Shown piece after piece: positions 40,370 to 53,923 of a DNA stretch of 64,000 nucleotides. The stretch's first letter is position 1; each line of letters opens with the position of its first letter. The notes under the pieces were generated by a model that made no database searches, was not told the DNA's origin, and saw only the letters and a list, made by a program, of their open reading frames with translations. The stretch spans positions 26,166,001-26,230,000 of the forward strand of contig NC_087437.1 in NCBI RefSeq assembly GCF_036321535.1. The letters run 5' to 3'. Position numbers and translations under genes: made by a program. Origin of the DNA: Camelus dromedarius (Eukaryota).

Positions 40370-41040
40370 ACTCACTGAATACCTGCTAAGCCCCAAGCAG
40401 GTGCAAGGCACTGTTTCTAGGTACTAGAGATACAGATGAACAAGATGGAAAGGTCCTGGCCCTTCAGGAGATTACAGTCTAGTGGGGAGACAGACAACAG
40501 CAATTATATAGTGTAATTCTAGTGATAAGGGCTTGAACAAATGTGGAACTATTTTAGGCACAGAAGGAAGTCCTTTCTGAGGAGGTAATGTGTGACCTAA
40601 AAACATCTGAATGGATAAACAACGAGGACCCACTATATAGCCTAGGGAACTATATTCAATAACTTGTAATAACCCACAATGAAAAAGAATATATATATAT
40701 ATAACTGAATCACTATGCTATATGTCTGAAAATAACAAAACCCTGTAAATCAACTATACTTCAATTCTAAAAATATATAAATAAAAGTAAATAAATAAAG
40801 ACATCTGAATGAAGTGCAGAAATCAGAGTGGGGGACATTCTACGCTCAGGGACAGCAAGTGCAAAGGTCCTGAGGTGGGTAGGTGCCTGACCCATGGACT
40901 TGGAGTCCTTGAGCAAAACAGGGTGGCCCACATGGCTGATGGGCACAGGGTGAGGGGCAGGGATCAGGACATATGGGGCATCATGGCTGTGGTGAGCAGT
41001 GTAGTTGGCCTCTATTCCAAAGTGACAGAAATTCCCTTTG
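40370..41040 (-). mobile_element. L2 fragment interrupted by a short L1 3' end
   Basis: L2-like caggcactgtttctaggtactagagatacag...gtctagtggggagacagacaa and agggacagcaagtgcaaaggtcctgagg. Confidence 0.65.
40614..40795 (+). mobile_element. Short 5'-truncated L1 3' end nested in L2
   Basis: gggaactatattcaata...actgaatcactatgcta...gtaaatcaactatacttcaat; TSD TAAAAACATCTGAATG (40598-40613) / TAAAGACATCTGAATG (40796-40811). Confidence 0.85.
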
Positions 41041-42545
41041 GGCTCAGAGTATTTCATACACTATGGTAAAATAAAAAATTCCAAAGGCATCCAGAGATGG
41101 AGAAGTTCTGGGGGTACACACTTCGGGACCCAGGTCTCTGGGCTGTTCTCTCAGCCCTGTGAGGTGGTTCAGAGTCATCTTTGGGGAAGAAAGGAATGAG
41201 CTTTGGGATGGAGGTAAGAGGTGGCTCTGCTTTTAAAGACTTACAAAAGGAGATTCTGGTCCCAAGCAAAGTAAAACCAACACCTACACCTCTAAACTTC
41301 ATTTGGGAGGGCACGCCAAGGGGGTTCTGTTTTTAAAAACAAAAACCAAACAACACATACAACAAAAGGCTCCAACTTGGGATTTTCTAAATTGTGTCCT
41401 TGAGTCCAACTAGGTGGGTGGTGTGGCCGTGTGGTCTGCAGCCATACCTGGCTGGTGCTCTGAGATCATGCCACCGCCCAGTGTCTGGGGAGGTGAGAGA
41501 AAACCTCTCTCTAAAACTCCTGGTGTTCACAGTTGGGAGACTTTCATCACAGCGTCTAGATCACATACAGCGAATTCGTAGGAAAATTACCTCTTAGGCA
41601 TCTATACTTGGAAAAACTTTGTTTCTCCTCCACACCAGGTGGGCCTTTCCCTCATGCATGCTTTGACTTACATAACTGAACGTACCGCCTCTCTGCACTA
41701 GCCCCCCCAAGTCTCAAAATCAAATCCACAACCACACGAGGCCTACAGTATGCATTTTTCTCCCTGGCTTTATTATTTTCTCAGCCACAGTCTCTCTCTA
41801 CCCCAACTTAAGTCAATTATTTATATGTATCCTTTTGAACTGTGTGTTTTGGAGGAGGCAATAGTAGAACAAATGTATAGAAGCATCAGTTTCATTTAAA
41901 ACTCGGTCTCTGTATGTACAGTGACACTGATCTTGTGCTATTTATGAATTAGACAGTGTTCTGTGAAGCTTAAGGTGAGCATCCTTGTGCGTCATCCCAA
42001 GGAAGGAGAAAGGTTTACACGGCCTGAGGTCACACCTTACAGAGAGACCTGGTGGACCATTTTCCTCACACTGCACTGTCTTAATGAGAACACACTCACT
42101 AGAGGAGCCGGCTGATCCAAGCAAACTCTGCCTCCTCCCACATCACCTGTTCTGGGACAGACTGACATCACGTGTCTCCTGACAGGATGCAGTAAGAACA
42201 CATCACTTCTGCAGAACGTCTGCACAAAATGTATAACCTACATCTAAACCATGAGGAAACAGTAGACAAATCCACATTTAAAAAATCAAGCTTCAAAATA
42301 AATGGCCTATCCTCTTCAAAAATGTCAAGGTCCAGAAACACGAGGGCTGAGAAATCATTCCAGATAAAAAGAGATCAAGGAGACAGGATAACTAAATGCA
42401 ATGCATGATCCTCAATAGATCCTAGACCAGAAACCAAAACGGCTGTAAAGGACATTACTGCAGCACATGAAGAAATTTTAAATATGGACTGTGGATTAAA
42501 AAGCATTATTGTATCAATGTTAAGTTTCCTGATTTTGATACTATC

Positions 42546-43042
42546 CAGGCATGTCGTGGAAATATTGAGGATTCAGGTCCAGACCACTGCAATAAAGCAA
42601 GTCACATGCAATTTTTGGTTTCTCAGTGCATATAAACGTTATGCTTATACTATAATGCAGTCTATTAGGTTATATTAGATATATGTATGTATAGATAAAT
42701 GCAATAGCAGTATGTCTTTAAAAAATGTACATACCTTAATAAAAATACTTTATTATTAAAAAAAACGCTCTCATCTGAGCCTTCAGTGAATCTTAATCTT
42801 TCTGCGACAGCAGTCAAAGTACACTGATCACAGATCACAATAACAAATACAATAATAATGAAAAAGTTTGAACTACTGGGAGAATTACCAATTTGTGACG
42901 CAGAGAGAACAAATGCTGTTGGGGAAATGCACTGACAGGTTTGTGTGACACGAGGTTGCCACAAACCATCAATTTGTATAAAAAAAAAAAAAAGCATGTC
43001 TTCGAAGAGCAATAAAGAGCACAGTAACACAAAGGGTGCCTG
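42546..43042 (-). mobile_element. Tigger1-derived non-autonomous DNA transposon
   Basis: Termini CAGGCAT... and ...GGTGCCTG; internal ccagaccactgcaataaagc and gttgccacaaaccatcaatttgta resemble Tigger1 ends; ~500 bp internal-deletion derivative. Confidence 0.8.
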
Positions 43043-43140
43043 CGCTGTGCTGACGTCAGAATATGTCCTTTTAGAAAACACAATCTGAAGCATTCAGGGG
43101 TAAGAGGGCATGATGTCTCCAACTTACTCCTGAAGAGTTC

Positions 43141-43333
43141 AGGAAAAGAAAGAAAGAAAAGAAAGAAAGAAAGAAAGAAAAGAAAGAAAGAAAAGAAAGA
43201 AAGAAAAGAAAGAAAGAAAAGAAAGAAAGAAAAGAAAGAAAGAAAGGAAGGAAGAAAGGAAGGAAGGAAGGAAGGAAGGGAAGGAAGGAAGGAAGGAAGG
43301 AAGGAAGGAAGGAAGGAAGGAAGGAAGGAAGAA

Positions 43334-43402
<69 letters not shown>

Positions 43403-43464
43403 GAAGGAAGGAAGGAAGGAAGGAAGGAAGAAAGAAAGAAAGAAAGAGAGAAAGAAAGAGAGAG

Positions 43465-43514
<50 letters not shown>

Positions 43515-43615
43515 GAAGGAAGAAAGGAAGGAAGAAAGGAAGGAAGGGAAGGAAGGAAGGAAGGGAAGGAAGGAGGAAGGAAAGAAAGAAAGGAAGGAAG
43601 GAAGGAAGGAAGGAA

Positions 43616-43664
<49 letters not shown>

Positions 43665-43726
43665 GAAGGAAGGAAGGAAGGAAGGAAGGAAGAAAGAAAG
43701 AAAGAAAGAGAGAAAGAAAGAGAGAG

Positions 43727-43760
<34 letters not shown>

Positions 43761-43988
43761 GAAGGAAGAAAGGAAGGAAGAAAGGAAGGAAGGGAAGGAA
43801 GGAAGGAAGGAAGGAAGGAAGAAAGAAAGAAAGGAAGGAAGGAAGGAAGGAAGGAAGAAGGAAGAAAGAAAGAAAGAAAGAAAGAGAGAAAGAAAGAGAG
43901 AGAGAAAGAAAGAAAGAAAGAAAGAAAGAAAGGAAGGAAGGAAGAAAGAAAGAAAGAAAGAGAAAGAAAGAGAGAAAGAAAGAGAGAG

Positions 43989-44022
<34 letters not shown>

Positions 44023-44178
44023 GAAGGAAGAAAGGAAGGAAGAAAGGAAGGAAGGAGGGAGGGAAGGAAGGAAGGAAGGAAGGAAGAAAGAAAGAAAGAA
44101 AGAAAGAAAGGAAGGAAGGAAGGAAGGAAGAAAGAAAGAAAGAAAGAAAGAGAAAGAAAGAGAGAAAGAAAGAAAGAG

Positions 44179-44233
<55 letters not shown>

Positions 44234-44585
44234 AAAGAAAGAAAGAAAGGAAGGAAGAAAGGAAGGAAGAAAGGAAGGAAGGAGGGAAGGAAGGAAGGAA
44301 GGAAGGAAGGAAGGAAGGAAGGAAGGAAAGGAAAGAAAGGAAAGAAAGAAAGAAAGAAAGAAGAAAGAAAGAACAAGAAGACGAAAGGAATGAAGGAAGA
44401 GGAAGGAAGAAGAAAGAAAAGAAAGAGAAAGAAAGAGAGAAAGAAAGAAAGAGAGAGAGAAAAGAAAGAAAGAAAAGAAATAACGAAAGAAAGAAAGAAT
44501 GGCTAAGAAAGGAGGAGAGAAAGGAAGAAAGGAAGTGAAAGGAAGAGAAGAAAGAAGAAAAGAAAGAAAGAAGAAGAAAAAAAAG
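43141..44585. repeat. Very long compound (GAAA)n/(GGAA)n/(GA)n purine array
   Basis: A/G only from 43141 to 44373; degenerate purine-rich flank to about 44585. Confidence 0.98.
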
Positions 44586-45053
44586 AGTATACATCTTCAT
44601 ACAGAGAAAGAGATAACCAAGTGAGGCAAATCATAAAGAATTAACAAAGCAAATCTGGGCAAAGAGCACATGGGCACACTTGTACTCTCCGTGAGACTCT
44701 CTGTAAGTTTTAGATTATTCCCAAATAAAAGATAACATATTTAAAAAAAAAAAAAAAAGCACAACAACAACAAAGAAAAAGCTTCCCCTAAACACACCCT
44801 AAGCTCCCTGGAGACTGAAAATTCTCAGTCTGGCAGAGTCCAAACAAACTGCGTTGTATACGTGCCGCTGGGCTGTGACGTTATTTCTCTTGGAGGAAAC
44901 CACTACTACACAATGGCTTTGAGAACTATTGTTTGGAAGAGTTTGGAGGGAGAGAACCCTAGTTGTAACAGGGGCCGTGTTATTCTGATACCTCACACGC
45001 ACCATTCCCCCTAGCCTCTCTACTTCCTTCCACTCCTGACTCCAACTGTTACT

Positions 45054-45507
45054 TGTGGGCAAAAAAATGATGTCTGCCATTTCAGTAAACAATGAATGTT
45101 GCCAGCTCTCAAACCATCAACCATTGCAGCAGCCTGGACAGTGAGCCCTGAGGAGAACACAGGATGGAGAAAAACAGGATACTGGCCTGGGATAATAAAG
45201 ATATATGTCAAAAGAATAACTTTAATGAGACCAGACTCTTGTATCTTCCCATACATAGAAAAACACTAAAATCTTGTGATGTCTATTTTTTTGTGATTAG
45301 CAGTAACTTTTGATGTTTGACTATATTTTTTTTTTCAGCAAAAATTCTTACATATTCTGTCTCCTCCCTTCCCTCTTTGGAACAGTTCCTCAGAGCTATC
45401 TGAGAGGCTGCCTCCCAGGCTATAGTCCTCAGTAAGGTCCTTGAATAAAACATAATTTTTACCTTTTAGGTTGTGTGTGTGGTTGTTTTTTTTTTTCAGT
45501 TGATACA
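45054..45507 (+). mobile_element. ERV1-class solo LTR
   Basis: TG...CA-bounded ~450 bp; ctcagagctatctgagaggctgcctcccaggctatagtcctcagtaag preceding AATAAA (45444), resembling cetartiodactyl ERV1 LTRs. Confidence 0.7.
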
Positions 45508-46966
45508 TTAAAAAAAACTATGTGTGGTTATGAATGTTAATTAGATTTATTGCCATGATCGTTGCACAGTATATACATATATCAAATCACTGTGCTATAC
45601 ACCTGAAAACTATAATATAATGTTTCTGTCAATTTTATCTCAATTTTTTTAGAGAAGAGAAAAAAAATCTCATTTTCAAAAATAGAGAGCCTGGAAAGAC
45701 AGGACAAAGAGATGCTCTATGGCGCTGGTCTTTCAGAATAAACAGCTCAGGACAACTGTGCCCGACAAGAAGATACTGGACTAAAGAATTACAGGTTTTC
45801 TCGGGGGGAAGCTGGGGTCCAAGAGAGTTAGTTGACTGTAAAGCTTGAGACCCTGTAGTGAAAGGCCCTCACTTCCCCGGGTCAGAGCTGAAGAAACTGT
45901 TCCACATTGGCTTTCCTGATAGAAGGAAAACTGGACAAGTTAAGAAGGGCAGAGTCGAGGCTGGAGAAGCAACTCGAAAATGCAAGGAACATATACAGGG
46001 AAGCATGTTTCAATGTCTCAAGCCAAAGCCATCCTATTTTAATATAGTTTGTGTCTAAGATTCCCTCAAATGACAAGGGAAAAAGTATTGTGCTTAAAAC
46101 TGGAGCAGAGACAGACAAGAAGACAACAAATAACAAATGTTTAGATGGGAGCAGTGGAGTCTCTGGAGGAGAATCCCTTGTTTGCAGTGTTTCAGGCAGT
46201 CACAAGAGAAAAACAATATATACAGCGGAGGCAGAGAGTCCAGAAACCTTCCATCTGCAGCTCCCCTGAGAACTCATTGTGCTAGGATGGGATGAGCCAG
46301 TTCCATGTGAGGAGAAATTACAGTTGCATTCTAATTAATTCAGGCATTATGGCAATTGATAAGAATGGAAACTGAATATTTTTCTTGATATTTAAAGTGT
46401 GAGCTTTGAAACAGCTAAGTGAAAGTCTGGTGAGCCAGGACTAAATCATCCACAGTAATTTTTTTTTTTACTTTATTTTTTTTCCATCTCTGCAAATATT
46501 TAACTCTTGGCAAAACTGAAAACTCACAACTCACTCTTCACTGGTGTCTGAGAAATACAATCCTGGAAAGGAAAAGGATGAAAATAATATGGAATGAAAT
46601 GCATGACATGTACTGGGAAGCAAACTTCAAATGAAGCTTCCATTTATGGCTTTAGTTGGAAACATATGGATAGGCAAGCTGAGAAACAGAGCAAGTACGA
46701 AAGCTCAGTGCCTGGCTGAAAGTACACTTTTTGGGGCAACCTTAAATCATTTTTTTGTAAAGGAAAGTAGACCTCAAACAAATCCTCCCCAACACACCGA
46801 GTGATCTGAAGACACTTACTTAATTAGTTCTATAAAATCAAACCATGTCAGAATTGTATTTTTAAGGAATTCTTATACTTTCCTAACAAATAAACAGTCC
46901 AAAGAAACTGGAAAAATGAGGAAATTAAAGGAAGGCACAAAAATTTATGTACAAGAATATTTACTG

Positions 46967-47051
46967 GAGGGTAATAGCTCAGTAGTAGAGTGCATGCTTA
47001 GCATCTTCGAGGTCCTAGATCCAATCCCCAGTATCTCCATTAAAAAAAAAA
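46967..47051 (+). mobile_element. Vic-1-like SINE inserted in an old L1 fragment
   Basis: TSD AAGAATATTTACTG (46953-46966) / AAGAGTATTTACTG (47052-47065); A tail. Confidence 0.88.
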
Positions 47052-47229
47052 AAGAGTATTTACTGCAACATAATTCATAATAAGAAAAAATAGAAGCATT
47101 CTATATGTCTCTCAATAGAAGAACTGGTTAAATAAATTATGGTGGAGTCACACAATGGAATATTGTACAGCCATTAACACAACATGATGGTGCATTAGCA
47201 GAAATATGCCCAAGTCCATTCATAACTTA

Positions 47230-47277
<48 letters not shown>

Positions 47278-47772
47278 CACAAATTACACAATGACAATCT
47301 AATATGTACCTATCAGAATTATAAAGGCTAAAAAGTTTGGTAATAAACATTACTGGCCCGAATAGGGGGAAAGAATGTTACATTGTTGGGAGCAGTGTAA
47401 ATTGGTATAATCTTTTTGGAGGGAAGTGGAACATCTATTAAAACTTTAAATACACATAACCTTTGACCCAGGAATTCCTCAAAATTATCCTCTACATAAA
47501 CAGCATACGGCACAAGGATTTATATACAGGGATGCACCTTGTAGCGCTGTTTAATAATAATAATAGGAAACAATCAGTGAAGAACCTAAATTTCCAGCAC
47601 AGGGACAGACTGAATAAAGTATGGTACATCAGTAGAGTGGAATATTATTTACTGCTAACAAAGAATAAACACATGTATAAGTACTAATTTAGAAAGCTCT
47701 CTAAGATATGTTTAGTTTTAAAAAGGCACATACATCCAAGGATGCATATGTATGTAGAATATTTCTAGAATA

Positions 47773-47986
47773 CAGACTGCCCTCTGTATCTGCGGGTTCC
47801 TCATCCTGGAATTCAACCAATCATGGATTGAAATCCAGTCTGTGGGTGCAGAACACAAGGGTGTGGATACCAAGGGCGGACTGTACTATGCCATTTTACG
47901 TAAGGGACTTGAGCATCCTCTGATTTTGGTATCTGCAGGGGTCCTGGAATCAATCCCTCATGGTAACAGGGGATGAGGGACGACTG
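47773..47986 (-). mobile_element. MER2-like TcMar-Tigger MITE
   Basis: TA|CAGACTGCCCTC...GAGGGACGACTG terminal inverted repeats; agggacttgagcatcc...gattttggtatc...ggggtcctggaatcaatccc core. Confidence 0.75.
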
Positions 47987-49435
47987 CACTGAGGAAACTG
48001 GTAGTAGAGGTTTCCCGGGGTAGGAGAGAAGGACTGGGGGGGTTCCTATGTAAAGGAGACTTACTTCTCACGACTACTTTTTACAACTGTTTGAATATTT
48101 TGCCATGTCTGTGTTACTTTTCCAATAAAAAGAGCTAATCAAAAATATTGATTGAAATGTGAAGAGGCTTGTGATATATTAAGTGAAAAAAGCAGGCTAC
48201 AAAAAAGAACATAGAGAATTCTCTGACCTTTTTTGTTTACATTTGTATTGGAAAAATGACAAAAATACGAGACAGTGTCAATGTTCGTGTGATTCTGAGT
48301 GGTCAGATCACAATGTTTTCTGTTTTCTCATTTTTTGCTGATCAGCATTTTCTACAATGACCAAATGGTAATTATATACTATGGGGAGAAGAAATATTCT
48401 TGAATCTTGCTGCCTCAAATATGTTTAAGGATTTTATTTTTTCCTGCCTTTTTTTTTTTTTTAAACCAGGGAGAGGAGGGTGATCGTCCTCTCTTCAGGG
48501 CACTTAATAAGAAAAGACTATGAAGGCTCTCGTTTTCCTGGCTTCTCTTATACTATTATTTTGCTGACTTCATCACGGAGAATTATTCAGCGTCAAGCGT
48601 GGCAGAACAGCTGTCCCTGACCACCAGCAACTGCAAAACACTCAGGGAATAAATTTAGACCCCCAGAAAGGAAGAAGAAATCAATCTTCCAGCTGACACA
48701 GGGTGGGGGAGGTGGTGGTCACACACAGGCGGGGACAACATCACCAGGAACCCCCAAGAGGAGATCAAAGAAAAGTGTCCAAATGTCACTCGACACATCA
48801 ATTTAGAACAAGTGGCAGAATGGCAAACCCTCCCAGAATCCCTCTGCCTAGAAGTTTAACTGAGTGAAATTCTCCACAGCAAGGAATTTTCTGGGGGCTA
48901 ACTACTTACAGCAAGTCAGCCAGCAGATGGGACTAGAACTGTCAAAAATAATTTTTTAAACTCTCAGCAGAGGCCCACAGCATGGTGAAGAGATTAGACT
49001 CCATTAAAAATAAATAAGTAAATGAAGGTCATGCACACAAAGAAGGGACCAAAGAAAAGCTTGACCTGGCCTTTAACTCCTTCCTAAAAGGGTCAGCTCT
49101 AGTCTGGGACTTGGGGCACCCCTCCGGAATTTTTCAGGGGTATAGGACTGCAGAGGCCTGACTTTTTGGCCAGCTCTCGGCAAACCGAAGTCCAAGGTGG
49201 GCTTATGCACTGACCTTGTGAACTTAGACAATACGCTTCATAATCCAGATCCCAAACTGCAACGTCTCCCCTAGTTTTTGACATTTAGTTGGTATGACTG
49301 GGGACACAATTTTCTGGAACGTGGCTTCATCCTTAATGTGCCCAATGCTCACATTTGCACTAACACCATGTGCCAAAATGACCGGTGCCAATGTCACCAT
49401 AAATGTCTATTTCAGGCCAAACCCCAGTTCAAAGT

Positions 49436-49750
49436 TGGTGAAATGAGTCAGACAGAGAAAGATAAATATTATATGTTATCACTTATATGTGGAATCTAAA
49501 AAATAAAACAAACGTATAAAAAAGAAGCAGACTCACAGATACAGAAAACCAGTGGTTACCAGTGAGGAAGGGGGAGGGGAGTGAGAGGTACAAACTACTA
49601 TGTATGAAATAAATAAGCAGCAAAGATATACTGTACAGCACAAGGAACAAAGCTAGTATTTTATAACTATAAATGGGGTACAATCCTTAAAAATTATGAA
49701 TCACTATGTTGGACACGTGAAACTTAGGTGATATTTTAAATTAGCCTCAA
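49436..49750 (+). mobile_element. 5'-truncated L1 3' end
   Basis: gtgaaatgagtcagacagagaaagataaatattatatgttatcacttatatgtggaatctaaaaa...ctgtacagcacaaggaac. Confidence 0.8.
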
Positions 49751-49862
49751 GAAGAAGAAGAAAAAGAAGAAGAGGAAGTAGTAGTGGTGGTAGTGGTAGT
49801 CGTGGTGGTGGTAGCAGTGGTGGTGGTGGTGGTGGTAGCAGTGGTGGTGGTAGCAGTGGTTG
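49749..49862. repeat. Compound trinucleotide repeat (GAA)n-(GTA/GTG/GCA)n
   Basis: Directly visible at the L1 tail. Confidence 0.9.
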
Positions 49863-52800
49863 GGGAGGACACTTGGCTTTCTCTTCAGGTAACTCAAGCT
49901 AAAAACTAGATTTCTGAGTGGGTTTTTGCCAGTTATCATGATGGCATTCTCCAGTCACCGTGCTAAAGCACAGTTCTGTAGTCGTTCCTACAGCCAGCTG
50001 ATGACCAGAGGCATCTGAGCACTTGAAAACAGAATACACAGGTGGAGAGCAACGTCTCATGGGAAAAGAAAATCTAAACAAAGTCCTTTTTAAAAAACAA
50101 GATTATAATCCTAGCCTAACAATTTTGCCTGTGTTATCAAATTAGAACGATATGATAAACAGTTTTCCATATGCTACATATTGCTTATAACAATGGTTCT
50201 ATTTTAGTGGTTACAAATATACTTATTTTTATATTGTAGTCATTTTATCTGGAGGGGGTCTACATTAAAAACAACACATCTTTGTGTACAGTTTTCCAAA
50301 GTGTTTATCTAGCATACTACTTAGGAATTTTATCTTGGAGAATATTTTCTTACTTTTTTTCCCTTGGAGAGTATTTTCTTAGGAAAATTGTGGCACCAAA
50401 CACTTTTCATGGCTCTTGAGATTTCTTATGAAAGAAGCAATTTACTACCTAAATGTCTAAATTCTACATAAGAACATCTACAGGTCTTTATCTCGTAATC
50501 TTAATATATGCAGATGAATGAATACTGATACAGATGAGAGATTCATCCAAATTAAGCTATAAATGGAATATATCAACTACAGTTCAATTTTTTAAAAAAA
50601 ACATAAATGGAATATACCCAAGAAAACACAGGGTTCATCTCTTTATATACTATTATGTCCCACTTTATTGCCCGAGAAGAATTAAATTACTTGCTTTCAG
50701 CCTCCATTTCACATATTCCTTAAAAGCCTTAGAAGAAAAGATCTGTAATGAGCCTCCTTTGGGAAGCCTCAAAGAAGAGCAGTCTTCAAGAACGCTGATT
50801 AAATAGAACAAATTTTGACAACTGATGGATTCCTCTAGATCTAAGAAGAAAATAACACTGATTTTCTACGGCGCTTAGAAAACTGTTCCCTCTTTTGTTA
50901 ATCAAGAAAAGATCCCTTTAAACCAGAACCCCTCTGGCTCCCTCAGTCTTCCTTCCCTGCCATAAAGACCACTTTCCACAGCAATCTTACTAACACTTCA
51001 TCACCCCCACCTGCCCCCACCGTAAGTGTGGAGGCTTTTCAGTTTGTCTTTGGGTTTGTGTGGATATGTGCTTGTGCGTATATGTGCTTGTGCACGTTAG
51101 GCTAATTTATGCAGCAGGAACCACAAGCAGCTGCACTATTTCACATTCCCGCCAGGAATAAAGAAGGGTTCTAATTTCTTTTGTTTTTTAATGTATCAAT
51201 GTTAGTGGATGTGAGTGATACCACATTGTTGTTCTGATTTGGACTTTCTTAACGACTAATGGTAAGTACTCTTCATGTGCTTATTGGTCATTTGTATATT
51301 TACTTTGGGAAATATCACTCAAGTCTTTTGTCTATACTTTAAGAATTTTCTTTGTCTTTTAGTTCTTTTCACCTAAGTAAACAAATACGTATGCATATAG
51401 TGTGTTCATAATATTCTTTATTATCCTTTTACCGTAGCGATGGACTCTTTTTCAGTATTAATAATTTCTGTTTTTTTTTTTTTTTTCTTGGTTAGCTTGG
51501 CTAGAGGTTTGTCGGTTTTATTGATCTTTTAAAGAACCATCTTTTGGATTTTTTGACCTTCTCTATTCATTTATGACTTTTAATTTCATTTATTTTGCTA
51601 AAATTTTTATTATTTCCTAAGTTCAAAATGTAGTGAGAACATCAGAGCTGGAAAAATCACAGTAGCCAGATGTGTCTGCCATAAACTCACCACATAAATT
51701 TGATTAGGAAAAAACTACTGGAAAAAGTAGTTATTTTTAAGATAGTCCACATATAAATCTGACTTTCAGTAAACTTTCAGGATACCTTTCTCCACACTTT
51801 CAGCAATGCTAGGCTGCAGTGTCCCTTAGCTATTTTATTTGCTTTTGATAAAATGTCTTTAAGTGCCTTTGTACACTTCCCAGAGGGATGAAGGAGCCAA
51901 CTTTGCAAACTGAACAGAGACAAGATTTTCCATCTTGTCTTGAAAAGCACACCCTGCAAAAAAAAAAAAAAAAGAAAAAAGAAAGCAAGAAAACCACACA
52001 TGTGTTTATAATTTGAAATACAGATCAAGACAGACCTGGAGGACTTAGATTCTGGCCTGGTGGATGGCATATCTTCAAAGGGGGAAGTGTGTGTGTGAGC
52101 GTGTGTGATATTTTAAAAATTCCTATAGCATTAAAAATACACTCTGGCTGCACTTTACCAGAAGTTTTTGAACTGGCTAGGGCTGGCAGTCTGGTGAAGT
52201 TGTTATACAATCTTTATTTTTCCTGTCCTGTCTGGGAGGATGCTGGCACCCCAGGTCGGGGCCTCGTTCCAACAAAGAGGGTCCATAAATGTATGACAGG
52301 AGCCCGGCCCCCCATGGTTTATAATCACCAGGATTATCACCAAAAAGGCAAAATGGCCTGTCACTTTCTCTTGGCAAAACCATTTTAAAATATGGGGAGA
52401 TTTTAAGTTACTGCAGGATTTGAGTAGTTGTGTGCTGAGAAATGGGAAAACCTTGACTCAGTCACTCTTGCAGAGGGAGAAGGTTCTGGAAGTGGAGCTA
52501 GAAGTGACCTTGCTCTTCCCAAATTCCCTCTGTCCCTGAAGGAACCGGGGCACAACTGTGTGGATCTTCATCTTCTCATAATCACTAGCTGGGGTGAAGG
52601 ATGATTTTTGCGTTGTGTAAGCGGAAGTGTCAAAAGGCTAAAAGCTGCAGGGATTGTGGTTGTGTTTTCCCAAGGGAGGAGGAAGAGGAGGAGGAGGAGG
52701 AGGACGGCTTTCTAAGGCACACAGCACAGGCTCTTCTTCCAACTCCATGGGGCCCAGAAAAGTGAAGAAAAACCAGACTACCAGCTAATAATAACAGTCA

Positions 52801-53907
52801 TAGCAACACATCTCTTTGGGGCTTTCTCTATGCCAGGTACCAAGGCATGGACGACCTACATGCTCAGAACAGCTTTTATAGAGAAGGGACTATCACTAGC
52901 ATCATATTACAGAAGGAAAATGACACTCAGGTTAAATAACAAACACAACTAGTAAATGTCTAACCCAGGAGGAGCTTAGTTCTGACTCCAAGTCTTCCCA
53001 TTAACCATTATTCAGAAAGGTCCCAGCCCTTGACCCCAACCCCTCACACCCTAACACCCTCACTGATTTCCTTAGGTTCCATTTCCCCAAGCCCACTGTT
53101 CTATATATTACAGGGCCTGACTAGAGTCTTTTTTTTTTTTTCATGTTTCATTTTTCTCCCCCTCCTTCAAAAAAAATTTAGTGAGTATTAATAGTAATTA
53201 TCACCCCAACAACCTACTTAAAAGACATGAGATCCTATCTGGTTTGTGTTATGAAAAAAATCAGCTTTCACATGTATAACTTTCCCCCTTGACTGTGTTA
53301 CATAAAAGTGAGGGTTCCAAACAACTTGTCAGCCCCCAAGTGACACAGCTTCCACCCAGCGTTGAGCGCTCCTCTTCACTATCTAAGGTCTCCAAGACCT
53401 TCCTTTCTTCTTCCATTCGCTGGGGATCCCCAGGGACTCAGACTCCAAAGTGACCAAGCTGCTCAGACAGAATCAAACTGGATGAAACCTGATAGACAAC
53501 CTGATTTAGTAAATACAGAACCAAAAATTTCAGATAAAAATTAGATCAAGCCGGAGACGGCTGTTTGAAATAACCCCCTCGAGTCTATTTCATGTATTTC
53601 ATTTCACTTCGGCATTTGAAAAGAGAGTGAGCTTAGACACCCTACTAGACGCTTTTCACTGCGTACTGAGGCAGCTTGACAAAAGTATGCTCACAAAGTG
53701 ACCTTCACAAAGTCACTCACTCCAGGATGCCTTTAAGTGATCTCTTAATTGGTCTCTTAAAGTGGTATCTTCTCTCTTAATTAAAGTATCATTTGACTTA
53801 AAGGCCACATTTCAGGAATAGATCTACTGAAAAAAATAAGAGATCCACGGATAAGAAGTTTCTTAGGGAATGCAGGGGAGCAAGGGGTGAAACGGATTGA
53901 AACATTC

Positions 53908-53923
53908 CCACCAGGGGGCGCTA
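53908..53923 (+). promoter_or_regulatory. CTCF core motif
   Basis: CCACCAGGGGGCGCTA matches the CTCF core consensus. Confidence 0.7.

Larger units (their letters stand above)
42100..44745 (+). mobile_element. Old L1 (L1MC4-like) 3' region interrupted by a Tigger MITE and the purine array
   Basis: L1MC-type 3' motifs tgtatcaatgttaagtttcctgattttgata, catgatgtctccaacttactc...gttcaggaaaa and ctgtaagttttagattattcccaaataaaa are collinear across the two interruptions. Confidence 0.65.

Noticed and set aside
42835..44600. The two longest ORFs (513 aa and 509 aa, F/L/S/P-rich)
   Set aside because: Translations of the pyrimidine strand of the simple-repeat array, which cannot contain stop codons; not genes.
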